From the NCBI RefSeq assembly GCF_001194135.2, contig NC_068981.1:146936460-147000459 (forward strand): 64,000 bases of DNA, read 5' to 3'. The position numbers were made by a program, and so were the translations under genes. Origin of the DNA: Octopus bimaculoides. Taxonomy: Eukaryota. The notes beneath the pieces are model-generated. The model saw nothing but the letters and a program-made list of their open reading frames with translations. It was not told the origin of the DNA and did no database searches. Below are positions 52,516-64,000 of this stretch, piece after piece. Each line of letters begins with the position of its first letter. Position 1 is the stretch's first letter.

Positions 52516-54159
52516 GGTTTAATAGGCCTTAAAACATCAAGTATATTTGCAAAACCTGTTTCATCATAGCTAAGAACATGCTACAATAACAAGAAAAAAA
52601 AAGAGAAAGAAAAAACTGGTGAGGGGATAAGAGAAAATAGAAAGAGTGGGGAGAAAGTGGTTGTGATAAGACATTTAGAAATTAAATACACCGCATAGAA
52701 GAAAAAACGAGGGAGGGAGAAAGGAAGTATACAAAAAAAAGGATGAGAGGGAAAATTACACAAATCGTTTAGAAAGAAAGATTGTGAAAGAAGAAAGATA
52801 AAGAAAAAAAATAGTGAAATGATTTTCCTCACCATACAAAAAGTTGAATGAGTTTTATCAATTCAAGCTACTCCTCTAATAGTTGATTTTTTTTTTCAAC
52901 CCATAAAAGCTAGAAACTTACTATTACTACTACTAATATTTAGCACAGCTACTATTGTTAACTACTTAAAAATAATAAACATCCCATGTAAAAGAGTGAA
53001 GGTAGAGAGAGATAGACAGAAGGAAAAAAATCATAAGAGATCGAAAAACAGAGGTGGGAAGTGTGCGAGCATGTTCGTGTTTTACGTATGAAATTTCCAG
53101 TTGCTAAAGAATTTAAGCTTTGTCCTTAAGACTTTTGAAAGTATATCCCTGGTACATTTTTTCTAAGGCACTAAATCAACTGCCTGTAAAGGGTTATAAG
53201 GAGCGAAGATAGATCACAATTGATCTATCTACCAGAAAAATTTAGACAAAAAATACAAGACGAAGTTTCGGAAGAAGTGGCAAAAACGAAAACTAATGAT
53301 TGTCATTTTTTTTTTAATTATTATTGTGTTTCATACAACGGAACTTACTATCCTGACCCCCACCTCCACTATTATATTTTTCATTTTTGTCCCATCCCTA
53401 TTCATTCAGTAACCGGTGGAATTCTGCTTCAAGCACGCCATATAACCCATCATAACTTTATTTTTAGAAAATTTTTGCGAATTTGTATTCCTTTCCCAGG
53501 AGGCATGGGGTTCCTAATCAAAATCCGCCAAACAGAGCAATCACCAACAGTGTTCCAGCATGTTCTTGGTTGTAGTGACTAAACTGAACTAAAACAACTG
53601 GCTGCATAAATCGAAGTCTGTCTGAATGAGTACACATGCGTTATTACTTAAGGGCAACAGTTGGTTGAAAAGCTGTCAGTTTGTGTTCGGAAGTCGGCTC
53701 AGACATTTCGACTCAATTCGATTAACCTACCCACTCGTAAATACAAATTGCTGATGTAAGCATTAATAGTATCGTAAACATTTACTTATTTCCTATCCAA
53801 ATGACTGAAGGGTTCATATGATCGCACGAGCGAATAATAATAACCAAATCACCTTAAAATCATTTCGTACCATTTTAATCTCTATTAAAGCTGGAAGACC
53901 ATCTGAGAGTAAGTTTGCTCGATAATAGTTAACCTGGAACTATACAACATCATTTTCTTCCTTCACTCAGAGACGAAAAAGGACAAGGGCTGAAATATTA
54001 AATTGTATACCCCTCACAGCAAAACAACTTAAACTCCGATAGAAAACAACTGACTGTAACCAGTGATTGAAGTCGTCTCTTGGGAACTGCTAATTAGAAT
54101 TGCAATAGAAGATACAAAAAGATGTGCTACAAAATCAATGGAAATAATAATATACTAAC

Positions 54160-54301
54160 CTTTTAAGTATAGCATAAAATCCTTGTTGCTGTGGCTGTAA
54201 CTTATCATTAAATCACGGCTGACTGGACGTATTGTAATTGGAGGGTGTTGATGTTTTTCTCTTCTGTACACAGGAGGACAACGGGATATTTTATGTCCCA
54301 T
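54160..54301 (-). CDS. TIR/HEAT gene, first coding exon found: MGHKISRCPPVYRREKHQHPPITIRPVSRDLMISYSHSNKDFMLYLK
   Basis: TTTAG acceptor immediately before the ATG, GTTAGT donor, open frame of 142 bp. DLMISYSH matches TIR box 1 (strand A). Linkage to the downstream exons is inferred across a missing exon. Confidence 0.75.
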
Positions 54302-55194
54302 CTAAATAAAAAGATTTTTAAAAGAAAAAAAAAACTTTTGTGATTATCAAGTAAAAAAAAAAACCTGACAGAAAAAGAAATTTTCTTGAATGACTGGAAG
54401 AACGGAAAATAAGACTAGACATACAGGAAGTGAAAAAGAAAAGAGGGAAGAAAAGAATAGGAAGAGGAGAGAAGAAAAATTACACAAAAGAAAACTGGTT
54501 CTCTGATTTCAAGATTTGGGATTCTCGGTGAGAATAAGACTAATTCCAAACATCGAAAGATTAAACGCAAATTTATGTAGAAGAAGTGATTATTATAATG
54601 TTATTGAAACTTAAATGTACATTTAAAACTAAAATCAAGTTTTCTCTTTAATCGATATTGACTATCTTTCATTTTTCCGGGGCTGATAAAATAAATCAAC
54701 AACTAGGGGTAAAATGACTAGTAGGAAATCATAAGCAAATAAAAAAAAATATCCTCAACTGGGAAAAAAGAAAAATTTAAATTCCATACTTTTTTGTGTG
54801 TGCGTGTGTGTACTCAGCAGATGACAAGCAGAATAACTAGGAAAATACAACCGGGCTTTAAATAGAGAGAAAGTTTAACATAAGCCACCTACGCATAAAA
54901 TTAAAATATGTTGAAGCCAATGGTAAGTGGCCGGAAGCAGTAAGATAAACAAAAGGAAAGAGCAACAAAAATGATAATGAACTAAGGTCGTCTATTGGAC
55001 TACAGTTGCGAGCTTTTCTACCTTACTATTTAAGTTTTATTGTCACGCCTTTATTGACAGCGATCCGTTTTTACACTCGTCCATACATCCAACCACCTAC
55101 GCATTCAGAAGAACCCCCTCTTCAGAGGAAACCACATTGAATGAACAACATCCAAGCACATTGTTCAGCAAATATGCGGTATTTGTGGGGGAAT

Positions 55195-55700
55195 AATAAT
55201 TCTTTCTGCTGCAGGCACAAGTCCTGAAATTATGGGGGAGGAGGTTAGTCGGTTTCATCGACTCCAGTGCTTGACTGATACTTGTTTTATCGAACCCAAA
55301 AATGATGAAAGGCAAAGTGGACCTCGGCAGAATTTGAACTCGGAATGTAAAGACGGATAAAATGCCACTAAGCATTTTAACCGGCATGCTAACAGTTCTG
55401 CCAGCACGTCTATAATTTAGGCACAAAGCCCACATTTTTAGAGAATGGGTTGGGGGGAGTCGATGTCATCGAGCCCAGTACTCAACTGGTACTGTATATT
55501 ATCGAATCCTAGAAGGATTAAAAGGCAAAACTGACACCGGCGAGATTTGAACTCAGAACGCAGAGCCGAGCATGAGATTTTCCCCGGCGGACGTACAATT
55601 TTGTCAATCCATTACCTTTTATTAACTCTAAATAATCCTTTCTACAACAGGCACAGAGATGGGAATCGTCGACTACATCGACCCCAGTGCCCAACCAGCG
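55195..55700 (-). mobile_element. Tandem SINE family B copies (two plus a tail fragment)
   Basis: Same motifs, CpG-rich. Confidence 0.78.
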
Positions 55701-55809
55701 GCGAAGGGTACCGTTTAAAAAATGAATAACCAATGAGTTAAAAATAGTTTGGTATGTGCCACGACGCCTTTTCTTTTTATGTGCACACTCCCCAAAACTT
55801 TAGAACCTA

Positions 55810-56130
55810 TCTCTTACTTGTTTCAGCCATCAGTCTGCGGCCACACTGGAGCACCGCCTTGAAGAATTTTAGTATTTTTTAAACCTGGTACTTATTCTAT
55901 CATTTTTCTTTCGACGAACCGTTAAGTTACGGAGACATAAAAACAAGCACACAAACATATACAGATATATACGACGGGCCTCTTTCAGTCTCCGCCTACC
56001 ACGTCCACTCACAAGGCTTTGGTAGGCCGAGGCTATAGAAGACACTTGCCCAAGGTGCCACGCAGTAGAACCGAACCCGGAACCATGTGGTTGGGAAGCA
56101 AGCTACTTACTACACAGCAACTCTCTCTCC

Positions 56131-56182
<52 letters not shown>

Positions 56183-57110
56183 GTATATATATACATACAT
56201 ATATACTAGCTTGAGCGGATCTTTTTTAAAACGGAGGCCACATTTTTCATTAACGAAACACTTTGAAACTTGGAACACTGGTAGAATGTGTCATATAAAA
56301 CATCTTTTTCTCTTAGTCTTCTTTAAANNNNNNNNNNNNNNNNNNNNNNNNNNNNNNNNNNNNNNNNNNNNNNNNNNNNNNNNNNNNNNNNNNNNNNNNN
56401 NNNNNNNNNNNNNNNNNNNNNNNNNNNNNNNNNNNNNNNNNNNNNNNNNNNNNNNNNNNNNNNNNNNNNNNNNNNNNNNNNNNNNNNNNNNNNNNNNNNN
56501 NNNNNNNNNNNNNNNNNNNNNNNNNNNNNNNNNNNNNNNNNNNNNNNNNNNNNNNNNNNNNNNNNNNNNNNNNNNNNNNNNNNNNNNNNNNNNNNNNNNN
56601 NNNNNNNNNNNNNNNNNNNNNNNNNNNNNNNNNNNNNNNNNNNNNNNNNNNNNNNNNNNNNNNNNNNNNNNNNNNNNNNNNNNNNNNNNNNNNNNNNNNN
56701 NNNNNNNNNNNNNNNNNNNNNNNNNNNNNNNNNNNNNNNNNNNNNNNNNNNNNNNNNNNNNNNNNNNNNNNNNNNNNNNNNNNNNNNNNNNNNNNNNNNN
56801 NNNNNNNNNNNNNNNNNNNNNNNNNNNNNNNNNNNNNNNNNNNNNNNNNNNNNNNNNNNNNNNNNNNNNNNNNNNNNNNNNNNNNNNNNNNNNNNNNNNN
56901 NNNNNAACCGTTAAGTTACGGAGACATAAAAACAAGCACACAAACATATACAGATATATACGACGGGCCTCTTTCAGTCTCCGCCTACCACGTCCACTCA
57001 CAAGGCTTTGGTAGGCCGAGGCTATAGAAGACACTTGCCCAAGGTGCCACGCAGTAGAACCGAACCCGGAACCATGTGACTGAGAAGCAAACTTCTTACC
57101 ACACAGCCAC
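55810..57110 (-). mobile_element. SINE family A copies on both sides of an N gap
   Basis: About 170 bp is identical at 55917-56088 and 56907-57078; possibly one element duplicated by the assembler. Confidence 0.65.
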
Positions 57111-57134
57111 GCTACATAGCCATAAAAAATATAA

Positions 57135-57330
57135 GCGCCGGAAGGCGACGAGTCGGCAGTACGCCGGTCAAAATGCTTAGCAGCATTCCGTCCGTTTGCA
57201 CGTTTAGAGTTCAAATTCCCCTGAGGTCGGTAAAAAAAGTACTAGTTGAACACTGAGGTTAATGTAATCGACTTATCCCCTCGCTATCCCACTCCAAATT
57301 GCTGGTTTTGTGCCAAAATTTGAAACCACT
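57135..57330 (+). mobile_element. SINE family B
   Basis: AAGGCGACGAGTCGGCAG...GAGTTCAAATTCC head on the plus strand. Confidence 0.7.
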
Positions 57331-58569
57331 TGGGAAAGAGTCTTCTCCCAAGCATTGAGTCGACCAAAACCCTGAGTCGAAATTTTTCAGAAACCCTTTA
57401 GAAGGACCGTTTCTGTTTTTGAGTCGTAATCTTATCTCGTTGCCCAGTTTCACACCAACACTTAGTCATTGAATGCCCTTAGTAGTGTCCACTCTGCTGC
57501 AAGCATTTGGGCTGCTCGAAGCAGATCCCTCATTCCTTCGCAACGCTACTGCAGGTCTTTAGACAGATGACTTCCTTTCTTCTGCTACTCTCAGAGATCT
57601 TGAAAAGGTGTGGGATACTGCCCTATCAGATAAAGACTTTTTTTTTAATAGCTTAAGGAAAGGCCGGACAAGAATGTCAATTATGTCGAATATATCATTA
57701 ATCAAAAGTAGAAAACCGAGAGCGGAAGAAGAAAAGAATATCGCATGCCTAAGAAGATAAGTGGATACATTCCTGAAATTTTTACAGTAATGCTATCGAA
57801 GTCGATTTCTCATTTTCATTCATAGAGTAAACAGAAGTTTGTTGAATAAAAACGGACCTCGGCGAGAGTTTGAAAAGAAACACGAGGGTTTCAATTTGTT
57901 AGCTGCGGGGTCGTGCTTTCGCTGTCTTACGAGCACATTTCTCAAAATGTATTTGCTTATAAGAACGCGCGCGCACACAGAAAGAGAAATATAGTGAGTT
58001 GCAAAACTTAACTTTAGTCAACAGAGATTATCAACTGAGCAACTTAGTCGACAAAACTCACCTTTAGAGTGTTTAAAATATACATTCGGTCACCTTAGTT
58101 TATTGGGGGGGTATCCCCAGTTGTTTGTTTTAAACTTGAAGCATCTTTAAAAGCTTCAATTTACTCATTGTTAAAACACTTTATGCTATATATGTGGGAC
58201 CCAAGTACTTGTATTTAGTGTAAAGTATGTGTCTCTGTCAGAGTGCTATTTCACATATAAGTGAAAATGAGCAAACAGAAACTGTGCAGAATCCAAACGT
58301 TGTACTCTTTAACACGCTTGTTCCACCCGAGGGTACACCTGTCTGCGGAATATACAGCCGCAGTCATTCACAAAGGAAGTTATTCAGTTAATCGGATACC
58401 TAAATATTCATTGTCAAAACTGTTGGAAATCCATTCACTTCATATATTTACTGTGCGTGTATATGTGTATAGTATTTCCTTAACAGTTATTAACCAAACA
58501 ATAACAGACAAATTAGCAAGGCATACCTACACATGTGTACCTGCAACTTTCGTCAGAAAAATGGATATA

Positions 58570-58987
58570 CTGGGTCAACCCATAAATAATGCGTTTTTTT
58601 TTCAATTGCATGAACTAAAAGTCGAAGGTGGGGATAAACTACCTGCATCAACTTGCTATAGAAGCAGGTAGTTACTTTGTCCTTACTCTTGGTGCAAGTT
58701 TTGAAGAGTGCAGTTCGATTATCCTTTATTCCGCAGTCTTCAAAATCATTTGGACGGAAAAAATATGAATTTTGTAAACGAGGTCAGAATAGTTCTGGAG
58801 GAGTGTTTTTCGTGACGGACAAGTGAATTTTGGAAAAGGGGCCTTGCAAGTCTACCAGATAGATGGAAGAGCATTGTAGAAAATGAAGGAGAGTATATTT
58901 TAGATTAAAAAAACAACTTTGTTTCTCTTAATTTTGAAAAGTAAAAGAAGTATTAAAAAAGACCGCATTTTTTATGGGATGACCCAA
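58570..58987 (+). mobile_element. Internally deleted 418 bp derivative of the same mariner family
   Basis: Same TIRs flanked by TA on both sides. The 5' UTR is joined directly to the transposase 3' end (LASLPDRWKSIVENEGEYILD). Confidence 0.9.
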
Positions 58988-59182
58988 TATTGCAATGGAA
59001 TTTTCTACAAAATACTTTTCAGATGGTATAGATTGGAATTGGTCCTGAAAACTTTTTTCCGAGAGTGGAGAGAGCAGTTTCGGTAAATTCACAAGAGTCA
59101 ACTTTGTTTCGTCATAACTTTCAGAAAAAAGGTTTTTTTAATGAAATTTTCTACAAATACCTTTCAGATGGTGTACATTACG

Positions 59183-59216
<34 letters not shown>

Positions 59217-59274
59217 TTGGTGGCCTCGCATACATGCATCCATACATACCAATTGACACATCACATATTTACAT

Positions 59275-59428
59275 CGATGGTTCCCAACCCTTTTATTTAA
59301 ATGAGTTTTCCAACGGACCCCTTTTGATATGCTTATCCTTATATAAAATTTTGAATTTAGTTCACGGACCCCCAGTACTACCTTGACGGGCCACCAGAGG
59401 TCCGCGGACCCCAGGTTGGGAACCACTG
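59275..59428. mobile_element. hAT (Charlie-type) MITE, 154 bp
   Basis: TIRs CGATGGTTCCCAACC / GGTTGGGAACCACTG and an 8 bp TSD, ATTTACAT / ATCTACAT (7 of 8 match). Confidence 0.85.
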
Positions 59429-59589
59429 ATCTACATAATGAAATTTAAAACCTTGAAACAAAATTGTGATGTGTCATTTGAAGGTAAACCAAACATCTGT
59501 ACTACTTACTGTAGTGCATGCCTGTGAGGCATGAGCAGTTTATGAACACCACGCCAAAAAGCTAAACTGCTTTCACATGAACTGTCTGA

Positions 59590-59990
59590 GAAAGCTGCTG
59601 AAAAGCACCTGGCAAAACAAGGTCGCTTGTGCAAATGTCCGACACACGCCTCCCCAAGAGGTTGTTTAACAGTGAACTGGCAGGAAGCAAGCGCACGCAA
59701 GGTGGACAGAAAAAGCATGTCAAGGACACACTCAAAACCTCACTAAAATGTTTTTAGATCAACCCCGGCACTTGGGAATTATAAACCCAAGATCACCCTG
59801 CCTGCTGAAGCCGCACCAGCAGAGGTGCCGCCTCCTACGAACAGAACAGGATTGGAGGGACACAAAGAAAACGCAAACTGCGAAAGTCCAAAGACACTGT
59901 TTATCTTCTTCTGTAGACCATCTGTGCCAATTAGAACTTCTAGAATACAATGTTGAGTGAACGCCAGAAAGAAAAAGATGAACAAGACAG
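59590..59990 (+). mobile_element. RTE/BovB-like LINE ORF C-terminal relic (a second RTE family)
   Basis: LVQMSDTRLPKRLFNSELAGSKRTQGGQKKHVKDTLKTSLK..INPGTWE..QD...SRGAASYEQNR, with in-frame stops. Confidence 0.82.
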
Positions 59991-60709
59991 AGAGGGAGGG
60001 CGAGGGAGAGCAATGTGCAAATATGAAAAAGTCAAATGAAAAAAATGGGCCAGTTTTATATGTAATTTTAAAACTATACAGTTGATTTTATTAGTTAAAG
60101 TGTTTAAATTTATCTCCGATTGTTCACAAAGCGTTAACAACTATTCAAACTCAAGAACTAGCATATCTGAAAGCTACTGGAGGCTTTCAAATTAAAAGGT
60201 GTGCATATATACTGTGCAGCAATGAATCGCAGAGTATTTGCACACCTATACATGGAATGTTAGTAACTATAGAGGAATTTGAAAAATGTCTGCCACATAC
60301 ATACAAATATAATGCACGAGGAAATTTGGGTTTGAGAAGATAAATCGAAATGTGTTAAAAACTATTGTTTTGTCTAAATGTCTCTTAACTTTGTTGCAAC
60401 TATTTAGCATTGAAAATAAACAGCATAAATAGTAAAATAAAAAGAACTAAATATAAATCAGGATTTGTACAATAAAAATTACTATAATACATGACTTCTT
60501 AATTGTTTGCATTTTATACACCCTTGTTATTTGTAGAATATGTAGACCAACACCAGTTTCAAATTCTAAATCGAGATGTCAAAGAAATTTATGAATTTAA
60601 ATCAATTTTTGAAGAATTCGTGTTACAACATGATTGCCGAAGAATTCTGCATCTTTTATATACTTTACACCATAGCACATAATATTTACGTAGTTAATAT
60701 TACAGGACA

Positions 60710-60915
60710 CTAAGCTGGTGAATTGACAGCATTATTATTAGCACGAGGGCAAATTGCCTAACAACTTTTGGTTCGTTTTCACGTTCTGAGTTCAAATGCT
60801 GCTGAGGTCGACTTTGCCTTTTTTTTTTCAAGGTTGATAAAATAAGTACCAGTTGAGCAACTACATCGATTTAACCCCTCCCTGGAAAATTGCTGGCTTT
60901 GTGCCAACATTTGAA
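60710..60915 (+). mobile_element. SINE family B
   Basis: Same motifs on the plus strand. Confidence 0.72.
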
Positions 60916-61712
60916 ACTAATATTACGTGATTGTAACTAAACTTTTGAAATTAAATTTACCACATTAAAACGTCAAGGATGGAATGTCTGATCATAGGTC
61001 CGCTCAGCTGAGGCTAAAAAAAACAATAACAGCTATGGAGAGGCATGGGGTAAGACGTGAAGTCGTTGTATTAGACACTCGTACTAAACAAGACAGGTTA
61101 TCGACCCAAGACGATTTGGAGTCAAAAAGCAACGAGACGAAACTAAATACTGCTTGTTTATCTCTCTCTCTCTCTCTCATTAACAATAGGTATTATATTG
61201 AGACTTACAAGTGGTTAGTTACGTTATGTTAGTTCAACTTAGTGGGGGTTTTTTTTTACTTGTACTCGACAACTGTTTCTTGACTGACTTTCTGTCTATT
61301 TTTGTTAAATATCGCTTCCGCTTCTACCAAAGAAAAGTCATGCGTTTGTTTGAGAGAGAAGTCTGCTACGTTTTCACTCACCCACACACATAATGAATGC
61401 ACAGGTATGTATGGGGTGAAGAGATCCTGCGTGTTATGAACGTTGTTGAAAATATCAACGTAATACAAAATCAAGTTTACTACTGATTTTCTTGTTATAT
61501 GGATTTTTTCCAGAGGGAAAAAAAAAGAAAAACTCTGACGAACAGCAACACGACCACTTGTATGCATGAAAATAACTTCTAAACGTACACTGCACAATAT
61601 GTATATACATAGAAACATTTGAAGAAAAATAAATCAGGGAATAAATACGAATCGTACCACAAAAAATACTGACTACTGTGTGAGCGCTAGCGTAGCTAGA
61701 GTGTGTTGCCCA

Positions 61713-63330
61713 GAGCACGAAATTTTTTTCCCCACGAGAGGCCGAACGCGAAATTTTGGTGTTGATCTGGAAACATCATAATCAATATGATAATGGGTAC
61801 ATGCAGTATCACTAATCTCTGTCTGAGCATAGATACCTAATGTTAGCTCCATATAGAGATGGTGCTCAATTGATCTATGGGGATGGTGGGGGATGTGGTA
61901 CTTATGTGAGACCTGCTACGCTGTACTCACAGAGTGACATACACCATTCTATGCCTGACTGACTGTACTAATACACAGTATGTGGATTTTTAAGGTGAGC
62001 TCTGATTGCCTGTATGCAAATGAGTTCGTTACAGGGTTCCGGAACTTTCATGGGAAAAAATTTCGCGTCCCGGACCCCGGTAATGAACTTATTTGCATAC
62101 AACCAACCAGAGCAGAGCCACCTTTATCCTTTCTAATCAGCATCGTGCATTCCTTATTCTTTCCCTCGAGTGGCAGACAGCAACCTTTTTGTCACTATCG
62201 AAAAAAAATGTCGCTATCACTGTAAGTACTAATGTCTCTCTAACTACCTGTCGGGCAAACAAATATATATTGATTCTTCAATATTCACTGGTTACTCCGA
62301 CGTTGGCACAATAATACACTTGCCCAAACTGAATTGCTGGAATTATTTCATTTTCCCCAGAAAAATGTTTTAAAAAAGTTATAGAGGTTTAAAGTTTGAT
62401 CATTTTCACCCAGTCAGGAAACAGGATTTGGAAGCTGTCATTTTGTGCGTGACAAAACAGCACATGTTGTCAACATTTGTAAACAACACGTGTTATGTCT
62501 CCAGTAATTTTCTTTCATGTAAATATTTATGTTAATTTAAAAGAGAAAAACATGAATGTGTCTGTGGCTTACAATTGACTAAAATTTCCAAAATGTTCAA
62601 ACTTTAATTACTAATAACTCTTTATTTATTGATTTATAGCGAAAATTACTTTCACTTCATTAATTAGCCTATAAAAGTGTATCATTACACTGAATATGAC
62701 ATTAATTTGAACAGAAAATTGACACTGGTAACCAAACAGAAAAGATTTTAAAAACTAGTCATGAAACATGGGAGTACAAAAAAATGTTGCAGAGTACTAT
62801 AATATTATTAGTAGTAAATTATAGATCTATTTATTATAACTAGCTGGACCCATGAAAAACTCAGAAAATATTTTAAAATGTAAGCATTTTCAGGATGTTG
62901 ACAACAAAATGTGCAGTCACGCACAAAATGACAGCTTCCAAATCCTGTTTCCTGACTGGGTGAAAATGATCAAGCTTTAAAGCTCTATAACTTTTTAAAG
63001 ACATTTTTCTGGAAAAAATTAAATAACTCCAGCAATTCAGTTTGGGCAAGTGTATTATTGTGCCAACGTCAGAGTAACCAGTGAACATGGAAGGATCAAC
63101 ACCAAGAAGGAAGAAATATTATTTACATATACTTATTTGTTTGCCTGACAGGTAGTTAGAGAGACGGAGAAGTTGTTGGCTGCCAGTAGAGAGGGAAAGA
63201 GTAAGGAATGCATGGTGCTGACTGGAAGGGAAGAAAGGATAAAGGTGGCTCTGCTCTGATTGGTTGTATGCAAATGAGTTCATTACTGGGGTCCAGAACA
63301 CTCGTGCAAAAGAAAAATTTCGTGCCCGAG
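61713..63330. mobile_element. Compound non-autonomous DNA element with long (~410 bp) inverted arms
   Basis: 62071-62480 is the reverse complement of ~62890-63295. The terminal motif GGGCACGAAATTTTT occurs at ~61713, ~62050-62070 and ~63313-63328. Confidence 0.7.
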
Positions 63331-64000
63331 CCGGCTCTTCTGTTTGCTGCCCCTGACAACTTACATCGAACCCTCAACATCGTATATCGCTATAGGTGTT
63401 CAATCTCTCTACAGAATACTGAAAGCAAATGCCTTTGAATAAATCTAAGCATGTGAAACTGCATGGAAACTTGCCAGATAGACTATAGTTGTTTCTAGTT
63501 AGTAGATTTGCTCCATCGCCTGATTTAACACAATTACTTGGCTCTTGAGTGTAAGCATTCTGACCAAGACTAGTTTCAGGATAACTTGATAATTTGAAAT
63601 GTTGCTTTTGGCTGCAGTAACTCATTGTCGTGGGTTTCTGTCTTCTACCAAACTAAGCAGAAGGAAACTTCTCAGAGTAAGATATATTGCAGAAAAAAAA
63701 AAGGGGGGGGTATGAGAAATGTATCAGTATTTTATAAATGGATAATGAGTGTAATGCCATTTCATAGATGAAAACTGAAGCAAACATTTGTTGGAATAAC
63801 TAAGATGGTATAAACAGAAGTAAAATGGCAGAGGCAAGGAAACTACTTAATGGTCCAAGCTTGCAATTAGTAAGTACAAAACATGCACAATATGGTATAT
63901 GTAAAGCTGAATATTAAATGCAGAAAGCATTAAAAAATCTTATCAGAAATACTTATGCTGTGAAGAGAAGAAAACATGCACTCAACATCATAAATATGTT

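Noticed and set aside
53220-53582. 120 aa plus-strand ORF near the TIR gene 5' end
   Set aside because: No domain similarity recognised and biased low-information composition.
53833-53934. Open minus-strand stretch VNYYRANLLSDGLPALIEIK as the missing TIR exon
   Set aside because: Wrong entry phase (gives an immediate stop) and no TIR-like residues.
55917-57078. Identical ~170 bp on both sides of the gap as a recent tandem duplication
   Set aside because: Exact duplication flanking an N gap is the classic sign of an unmerged contig overlap; it needs long reads before being believed.
58998-59180. ~33 bp direct repeat with ~145 bp period next to the mariner derivative
   Set aside because: Only two short imperfect copies in AT-rich DNA; too weak to interpret.

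Overview
AT-rich, repeat-dense eukaryotic draft DNA with several N gaps. The SINE, LINE and microsatellite make-up is what I recognise from cephalopod (Octopus-like) genomes; that assignment is inferred from recall, not from a search. Two multi-exon genes face each other tail to tail. (1) Plus strand: the last five coding exons of peroxisomal trans-2-enoyl-CoA reductase (PECR), 8214-26356, ending in the PTS1 tripeptide SKL. (2) Minus strand: an unnamed gene, 54301 down to 32204, with eight phase-consistent exons found and one more required, probably in the N gap at ~44155-45013. It encodes an MGxxxS N-terminus, a TIR domain retaining the conserved Glu, a possible Cbl-like EF-hand region and C-terminal HEAT repeats. 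Introns and intergenic DNA hold many tRNA-derived SINEs, RTE LINE 3' ends, mariner, Tc1, Tigger and hAT relics, and large fold-back structures. Four places carry Penelope-type minimal hammerhead ribozyme motifs, including a ~720 bp loop-less palindrome in the last PECR intron and a tRNA-headed SINE with a hammerhead in its tail. Most entries in the supplied ORF track are microsatellite or repeat noise. Repeat boundaries are read by eye and are approximate; exon boundaries were checked base by base.
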